Below are positions 43,240 through 48,739 of a stretch of 48,739 nucleotides of DNA, piece after piece. How positions within the stretch are numbered: the first letter of the stretch is position 1; every line of letters begins with the position of its first letter. The DNA lies in assembly GCA_016186365.1 (NCBI GenBank), contig JACPLT010000015.1, forward strand, positions 1-48,739, in the 5' to 3' direction. Origin of the DNA: Candidatus Pacearchaeota archaeon (GTDB lineage: Archaea; Nanobdellota; Nanobdellia; Pacearchaeales; GW2011-AR1). The position numbers and the translations under genes were made by a program. The notes below the pieces were generated by a model that saw nothing but the letters and a program-made list of their open reading frames with translations, was not told the DNA's origin and searched no databases.

Positions 43240-43886
43240 TTTCTCTCCAGAATCTTGCAGGTTATTCCTTCTGCATCGCATAAATCCAAAAATTTGAATG
43301 AATCCTCTCTTCCGCCCATAATATTTCCATAATGCATCGGGATTACAACTTTCGGCCTTATCAAAACTGCGGCTCTCATTGCTTCCTGCGCATTCATTGT
43401 AGTTATTCCAGATACAGGAAGCAGGGCAATGTCTACATCTCCTTCCAAGCTGTTCATTTCAGGAATCAAATCACTATCCCCTGAATGATAAACCTTTTTC
43501 CCATTAATGTTAATAAGATAGCCGTTCCAATAATCCGCTTTTGTATGAAAGCTCTTACCAACATTATAAGAAGGAATTGCCTTAATCTTAACCTCACCCA
43601 ATACTAATTCCTGCCCCGGTTCCATTATCTTTAAGTCAATTTTCTCCTTTATTTTTCCTATTTTGCTCTGACAGTCTGCAGGCGCCACAATGATAGTTCC
43701 ATCTCTTGCTATTTTCCTCAAATCCTCAATAGAACAATGGTCATAATGACTATGAGTAACTAAGATAATGTCTGCTTTTTCCCTCTCTCCAACAAGCTGA
43801 AAAGGGTCAATATAAATTTTTTTCTTGTCAAGTATAAAAAATCCAGAATGCCCTGTCCACTCAATCTCCAATCCTTCAACTATCAT
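43236..43886 (-). CDS. metallo-beta-lactamase-fold hydrolase (UPF0173-like)
   Basis: VTHSHYDHCS (HxHxDH motif), then later HSGDS and PMHYG. Confidence 0.8.
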   Translation of the reverse strand: MIVEGLEIEWTGHSGFFILDKKKIYIDPFQLVGEREKADIILVTHSHYDHCSIEDLRKIARDGTIIVAPADCQSKIGKIKEKIDLKIMEPGQELVLGEVKIKAIPSYNVGKSFHTKADYWNGYLININGKKVYHSGDSDLIPEMNSLEGDVDIALLPVSGITTMNAQEAMRAAVLIRPKVVIPMHYGNIMGGREDSFKFLDLCDAEGITCKILERK

Positions 43887-43943
43887 CTTAAAAATTAACA
43901 GAAAAAATAATATATAAACCTATGGCAATTAAGTAAATCAAGG

Positions 43944-45242
43944 TTATTTAAATCTCTTTGCAAACTCTAATAAAGCCAAATCGTCAAATTTCTTCCCCAT
44001 AACCTGCATTCCCACAGGAATATCCTCAACCTTTCCAGCAGGAATGCTTATTGCGGGAATTTCAGCTAAATTAGCAGGAATAGTTAAAGAATCATAAGCA
44101 TACATATCTTCCACACTTATCTTTTCTCCTATTTTATGCGGCAATTTTGGAACACTCGGAAGAATAATAAAATCTACTTTCTTAAACGCCTCTTCAAACT
44201 CTTTTTTTATCAGCTCTTTAACTTGTAATGCCTTTCTATAAAACTTTCCAGCATACTCTGCTTTAGTTATCTCGCTCCCTCCAAGAATTCTTCTCAAAAC
44301 CTCTCTTCCGCAGGAATCTTCAATTTTCTTTCCAAACCTTCTTCCGTCAAACTTTCTTGTTCCTGAAAAAAATTCAGTATAGCATAATGGATAATAAGTC
44401 TGTACAGCCAAATCAACATGAGGCAGTTTTATTTTTATAATTTCAATATCTTTTCCAGATACATTTTTTATTTTTTCATTAACTAATTTCCAGATTTTCT
44501 CCTCTGCTTTAATCTCAGGAATTCCTATTTTTATTTTTTCTTTTAGCTTTTCTTTTTTTAGCTCATCGCTTGTTGCATCTCTTTCATCTTTCCCTTTTAT
44601 AACCTCAAATAAAAGCTGGATATCCTGAATATTCCTAGCCAACGGACCTATAACATCTAAACTCATAGATAAATCAATCAATCCGTATCTTGAAACTGCC
44701 CCATAACTCGGCTTAAATCCAAAAACATCACAGTGTGAAGCCGGATTTCTTATGCTTCCTCCTGTATCAGAGCCAAGAGCCATATCACAAAAATTAGCTG
44801 CAACAGCGGCAGCACTTCCGCTTGAACTTCCTCCAGGAATTCTATCAATCGAAGTAGGATTTCTGCAAGGTCCAAAAGCAGAAGTCTCTCCGCTTGAACC
44901 GCACGCAAACTCATCCATATTGCACATTCCAATAATAACTCCATCCTCATTTTTTATTTTTTCAATAACAAAAGCGTCATATCCCGCTTTATAACTCTCA
45001 AGTGTTCTAGAAGCACAATTACATATCATTCCCCTGACATTTATATTGCTTTTAACAGCGATAATTTTCCCAGCGAGCTTTCCCGCTTTTCCATTTTTTA
45101 TTTTTTCATCAACTTTTTTTGCGTCTTCAATAAGATTAGGATTAATATGCAGGATAGCATTTATCTTTTTACCTTTAAGATTGTTTCTCTCTATTTCTTC
45201 AAGATATTTTTTAGCTCTTTCTTCTGTTGTTTTTTGTTTCAT
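43944..45242 (-). CDS. gatA: Asp/Glu-tRNA amidotransferase subunit A (amidase signature family)
   Basis: Amidase signature GGSSSGSAAAVAANFCDMALGSDTGGSIRNPAS. 432 aa. Confidence 0.85.
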   Translation of the reverse strand: MKQKTTEERAKKYLEEIERNNLKGKKINAILHINPNLIEDAKKVDEKIKNGKAGKLAGKIIAVKSNINVRGMICNCASRTLESYKAGYDAFVIEKIKNEDGVIIGMCNMDEFACGSSGETSAFGPCRNPTSIDRIPGGSSSGSAAAVAANFCDMALGSDTGGSIRNPASHCDVFGFKPSYGAVSRYGLIDLSMSLDVIGPLARNIQDIQLLFEVIKGKDERDATSDELKKEKLKEKIKIGIPEIKAEEKIWKLVNEKIKNVSGKDIEIIKIKLPHVDLAVQTYYPLCYTEFFSGTRKFDGRRFGKKIEDSCGREVLRRILGGSEITKAEYAGKFYRKALQVKELIKKEFEEAFKKVDFIILPSVPKLPHKIGEKISVEDMYAYDSLTIPANLAEIPAISIPAGKVEDIPVGMQVMGKKFDDLALLEFAKRFK

Positions 45243-45275
45243 TTTGCATCTTCTTTAACTGCAATTTTCAATATG

Positions 45276-46352
45276 TTATTTTTCATTTTCTTTTATATCT
45301 TTCTTTTTAATTAAAGGAGAATTTAAAAAATATTCTTTTGTAAGCAGGGCGTATTTATAAACTGATTTTATCAGATGGTTGCTTCTTGAAAATGAAGTGT
45401 CTCTTTTTTTTTCATAGTAAGTATAAAGAACTGTTTTTACTCCTCTGCTTTCTAGACTTTTTATAACTGGAACAAAATCGCTGTCTGAAGATATTAGAAT
45501 TACTCTTTTAACACTGGGAAATTCTAATGGAACATTTGTAAGATCCATGGCTAAAAGTATATCCACTGCCTTCTGCTTAAAAATGAAATTCCCATCCATC
45601 TTTACTCTTTGGCATCTTCCTTCTCTAACAAGAATATTTTGTTCTATTAATTTATTAATAAACCGGTCATATCCATCTTTTTTATTTTCTTCTTCTTTAG
45701 TAGGATTAGCAGACTGAAATGGAGGAGCAGTGTAATAAAAAATTTTTCTGTTGTTAAGTCTTTGTTTTTTGCATAATTCATCAGAAAATTTCTCTAAATC
45801 ATACACTAAATAACTGCCGTTTCCAAAATGCTTTGACAATTTAGATAAAAAATTTGCATCAATAAAAACTAAAGTATCTTTAAAAAAAGACTCATCCGGC
45901 GACCCTTGCGAATCACCGGGGAGCATGTTAGTATTATTAGCATTCTTGCCTTTATAAATTTTTCTTTTTTCATCAACACATTTTAATGCTTCTTCATATT
46001 TTTCCTTGCCAACAAGCTCATCAGCTTCTTCCAATAATTCATCTGGCTCTTTATAATTTTTATCCCATTCAAACTTAATTTTTCTGTTTGGTTCTTTTCC
46101 ATAAATTTCTTTTTCCATTTCAGAGGGGGTTTTTCCAGTGTCACTCTGCTTTCTCTCATTATTATACCAATTCATAAAATCTTCCATTTGTTTCTTTTCT
46201 TCTTCATCTGTTTTTGGCTTTTTTTTATCCTTAAAATATTCTTCAAAAGCCATGCTAAACTCGCTTTTTGCCTTGTTTATGTCTTTTTTAATATTATTCA
46301 TTATTTTTCTCATGATTTTCAGAGCAGAAACATTTGTCGCATAAGCCATCAT
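45276..46352 (-). CDS. NYN/LabA-like domain protein with charged N-terminal extension
   Basis: The C-terminal half has VFIDANFL...KAVDILLAMDL...VILISSDSDFVPVIKSLESRGVKT, the NYN (LabA/DUF88) acidic motifs. Confidence 0.7.
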   Translation of the reverse strand: MMAYATNVSALKIMRKIMNNIKKDINKAKSEFSMAFEEYFKDKKKPKTDEEEKKQMEDFMNWYNNERKQSDTGKTPSEMEKEIYGKEPNRKIKFEWDKNYKEPDELLEEADELVGKEKYEEALKCVDEKRKIYKGKNANNTNMLPGDSQGSPDESFFKDTLVFIDANFLSKLSKHFGNGSYLVYDLEKFSDELCKKQRLNNRKIFYYTAPPFQSANPTKEEENKKDGYDRFINKLIEQNILVREGRCQRVKMDGNFIFKQKAVDILLAMDLTNVPLEFPSVKRVILISSDSDFVPVIKSLESRGVKTVLYTYYEKKRDTSFSRSNHLIKSVYKYALLTKEYFLNSPLIKKKDIKENEK

Positions 46353-46476
46353 GCCAATTCAAGATATTCTGCATATTCTATTTCTCTTCGGAATATTATT
46401 TATATCTTCCTAACTTTTTCATTATCTTTCAATAATAGTTTTTTTATTGGAACAAATTCATTTTCTTCTTCTGTTG

Positions 46477-46743
46477 TCATTTCACCCACTCCCCCTTTTC
46501 AGCAACAATACAATTTTCTTCAGTTTTAGGAGCATTCTCAAACATAATTTTTCTGAAATCTTTATCTTCATCCCCTCCGCCTTTTTCTTCCCTTCTGTCT
46601 TCCTCTCTTTCAATCCTTGCATCTTTAACAGAAATATTCTCCAAAACTTCAGCAAAAGAATTCATTATCTCTTTAGCCTGTTTCTCTATTTCCTCTCTCT
46701 CCTTTCCAGCTACCTTACCCCATAACGCACTTTCCTGTTTCAT
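46477..46743 (-). CDS. gatC: GatC-like amidotransferase subunit C (tentative)
   Basis: 88 aa. The layout ...FAEVLENI...REED...FENAPKTEENCIVAEKG parallels the GatC pattern (F.e.l..i, R.D, NAP...g.f.vP). Confidence 0.45.
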   Translation of the reverse strand: MKQESALWGKVAGKEREEIEKQAKEIMNSFAEVLENISVKDARIEREEDRREEKGGGDEDKDFRKIMFENAPKTEENCIVAEKGEWVK

Positions 46744-46823
46744 AATCTATCCTAGAATAGTATATTTATAAATTTAGAGTTTATCAATAAAAAAATAAAA
46801 AAGAAAAAGTTAAATTCAGTTTT

Positions 46824-46914
46824 TATTCGCTTTCTTCTGCCTCTTCTTCAAATTCTTCTTCATCCATGTCTTCATCTTCCATAGGCTCTTCGACTTTGGC
46901 TTGTGGTTTTGGCA
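46824..46914 (-). CDS. possible 30-aa highly acidic micro-protein
   Basis: MPKPQAKVEEPMEDEDMDEEEFEEEAEESE, preceded by GGAGGT 6 nt upstream of the ATG. Not in the ORF track. Confidence 0.3.
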
Positions 46915-46994
46915 TTTTATACCTCCAATATTTCAGTTAATCTACTAATTTTTGGGATTTAAAAAGCTTTGGTTTTCCTCTTATCACTAGATAG

Positions 46995-48023
46995 TTATAG
47001 AACTCTTAATCTCCGCATCAACCCAGAATAAAAAGTCAAATTATGAATAGTAGCTAATCTTGCAGCTTTATCATAATTATTCTTAAACATCTCATAAAGT
47101 TGCTCTAAAGAATAATTTCTGCATAATTCACACTTGCATAATTTAGAAATATTTATTGTAAAATATTTCTTTCTCACATTTATTTCCTGAATTTTCCCAT
47201 TCTGAAAAAAGAATAATCTCTTATGCCTCGCATCTCTTGTAGGAATAACGCAGTCAAATAAATCATAACCCATTTTCACACATTCAATTATATCTTCTGG
47301 CTTGCCAATTCCCATTGCATATTTTAATTTATCATCCGGAATCAAGCCTGCAGTATATTTTAAAATTCCTTTTAAAAGTTTTCCATTTTTCATAGGAAAC
47401 CCTCCAAAAGCATACCCGTCAAAATCCAATTTTACCAGTTCCTTGGCACATTTCTTTCTTAATTTTTTATTCTGCCCTCCCTGAATTATTGCAAAAAGTT
47501 TTGGTTTATCTTTCTCGCTCATCTTAGAAGTCAATCTCATAAATTCTTTTTTGCATCTTTCAGCCCATTGGATAGTTCTTTCCACTGCTTTTTTCTGTCT
47601 TTTCTCATCTAATTCAGAATGAGTGCATTCATCCAAGCACATAATAATATCACTCCCTAATTTTATCTGCATCTCAATGCATTTTTCAGGAGTCAAATCT
47701 ATTCTTTTTCCAGCCAGAAGAAAAATAACTCCCTCATCAGTTATCTCTCCTAATTCAGAGTTTTTATGAATTAAACTCATAACCTGAAAGCCTCCTGAAT
47801 CAGAAATAACAGGAATTTTTATTCCCATATATTTATGCACTCCTCCTTTCTCAATTTCTTTAATCTTTCCTGCTTTAATCAAGTGGTAAGCATTTACAAC
47901 TACTCCATCAATTTTAAGTTTCTCTATCTCATTATTTTCAATTCCCTTTATCTGCCCATAAGTAGCATCAGGAAAAAATGCAGGAAGTTTCAGTTTTCCA
48001 GATTTAAGTTTTATATTTTTCAT
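46995..48023 (-). CDS. tgt: tRNA-guanine transglycosylase, catalytic TIM-barrel only (archaeosine TGT-like, no PUA/C-terminal domains)
   Basis: FFPDAT, VVNAYHL, SDSGGFQV and MCLDE, plus Zn site CKCELCRNYS...IHN. Confidence 0.85.
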   Translation of the reverse strand: MKNIKLKSGKLKLPAFFPDATYGQIKGIENNEIEKLKIDGVVVNAYHLIKAGKIKEIEKGGVHKYMGIKIPVISDSGGFQVMSLIHKNSELGEITDEGVIFLLAGKRIDLTPEKCIEMQIKLGSDIIMCLDECTHSELDEKRQKKAVERTIQWAERCKKEFMRLTSKMSEKDKPKLFAIIQGGQNKKLRKKCAKELVKLDFDGYAFGGFPMKNGKLLKGILKYTAGLIPDDKLKYAMGIGKPEDIIECVKMGYDLFDCVIPTRDARHKRLFFFQNGKIQEINVRKKYFTINISKLCKCELCRNYSLEQLYEMFKNNYDKAARLATIHNLTFYSGLMRRLRVL

Positions 48024-48047
48024 AATTAAAAATAAGAAACCTAGTTT

Positions 48048-48632
48048 TTAAGCCTTCTTTTCATAAATCTTTTTCACAATCTCTTTTCTTAATTTTAGTG
48101 TATTTGCCCATCTCGCATAAGCTTGCCAGCCTTGAAAAGATTCAAGAAATTTTTCTTTATTTATATTTCCTTCTTTATAATTTTTAATTTTTAAAATAAT
48201 TTTATTTATATTTCGCTTTCTAAGCAGTCTAAAATAATAAAAATTTCTAAAGCCTACAAAATCTACTCCTCCTGAAAGAGAAATTATTTTTGATTTTTGA
48301 GAGTGCAGTTCTATTTTTAAGTTATCTCTTAAAAAATCATTAATCTTATTCATCCATAATTCTAATTGTTCTTTAGAATTATGCAAAATAATAAAATCAT
48401 CTACATATCTTATGTAATATTTTGCTTTTAATTTATGTTTGACAAAATAATCCAACTCATTCAAATAAATATTTGCAAAAAATTGAGAAGTTAAATTTCC
48501 TAGAGGCATTCCAATACCCACTCTAACTTTTCCATTTTCTAATACTTTTTTAATCAGCCAGATAACTTTTTTGTCTTTTATTTTTTTTCTTATAATTTTG
48601 GTGAACCTCTCCGCAGCAAGCTGCGGAGCATC
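48048..48632 (-). pseudogene. DGR-type reverse transcriptase, 5'-truncated (motifs 1-3 missing)
   Basis: Motif 4 GMPLGNLTSQFFANIYL carries the DGR-specific [LIV]GxxxSQ. Motif 5 is YIRYVDDFII, with a thumb-like tail. The frame stays open upstream only to a TAA at 48633-48635, which is the stop of a tnpA-like ORF. No ATG start; the ORF track uses GTG at 48521. Confidence 0.7.
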
Positions 48633-48739
48633 TTAGATAAACTCAAATAATTTTAACTGCTCTCCTTTTCTTCCCTGATTTTTTATGTATTCCCTGATGA
48701 TGTCTGCATTAATCCCCTCCCCAACAGAAGCAACATAAC
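48609..48739 (-). mobile_element. end of an IS200/IS605-like insertion sequence (tnpA 3' end plus subterminal hairpin)
   Basis: Perfect 9-bp stem ctccgcagc (48609-48617) pairs with gctgcggag (48620-48628), immediately downstream of the tnpA-like stop. This is the arrangement expected for an IS200/IS605 end. Confidence 0.6.
48633..48739 (-). CDS. tnpA: IS200/IS605 TnpA (Y1 transposase), C-terminal 34 codons only
   Basis: The minus strand reads YVASVGEGINADIIREYIKNQGRKGEQLKLFEFI*, matching the conserved TnpA tail (GYFv.tVG...e.i.kYI.nQ). Truncated by the window edge. Confidence 0.6.
   Translation of the reverse strand, partial: YVASVGEGINADIIREYIKNQGRKGEQLKLFEFI

Noticed and set aside
1-48739. 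CRISPR array or cas genes
   Set aside because: No run of regularly spaced direct repeats was seen. The only tandem repeat is the 51-53 nt duplicated start region at 27.65 kb, with 2.2 copies and no spacers.
44000-48739. DGR template/variable repeat pair or target gene near the RT
   Set aside because: The RT stop is 24 nt from the tgt start, so there is no room downstream. No ~100-nt near-repeat or lectin-fold C-terminus was seen in neighbouring genes. Any TR/VR presumably lies beyond the IS, outside the window.

Overview
This is an AT-rich archaeal chromosome segment. Sampled 60-nt lines run from about 17% to 48% GC. TBP, MCM, ATP-dependent DNA ligase, aIF1A, aIF2-beta, L15e, NAC, a histone-fold protein, FtsZ and MinD, together with the compact gene set, GatC/GatA and intron-bearing tRNAs, point to a small-genome DPANN-like archaeon. 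That lineage call is inference only. Most of the window is housekeeping: metG, nfi, lig, tbp, mcm, ftsZ, gatA, tgt, taw3, glycosyltransferases and MFS transporters. All calls were made by eye from motifs, with no database search.

The unusual content is mostly non-coding or accessory:
- Two intron-containing tRNAs, Gly-CCC and Asn-GUU, have introns that are homologous to each other.
- An orphan tRNA 3' half at 22.2 kb has a leader sharing an exact 22-mer with the tRNA-Asn intron. It is either a split-tRNA half or a tRNA remnant.
- A GC-rich, hairpin-rich non-coding block lies downstream of tRNA-Gly.
- A MITE-like element with terminal inverted repeats is present in two copies. One copy carries a nested insertion of a second hairpin-repeat family, which also occurs between tbp and mcm and upstream of taw3.
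- A DGR-type reverse transcriptase (LGNLTSQ, YVDD) is truncated at its 5' end by the hairpin-bearing end of an IS200/IS605-like element at the right edge.
- A three-gene operon encodes an RHH protein, a single-pass membrane protein with a cysteine-rich ectodomain and a cytoplasmic HNH nuclease, and a small membrane protein.
- A two-gene GC-rich island (8.8-10.2 kb) encodes proteins I cannot assign.
- Doc/RHH and HEPN/MNT modules are present.
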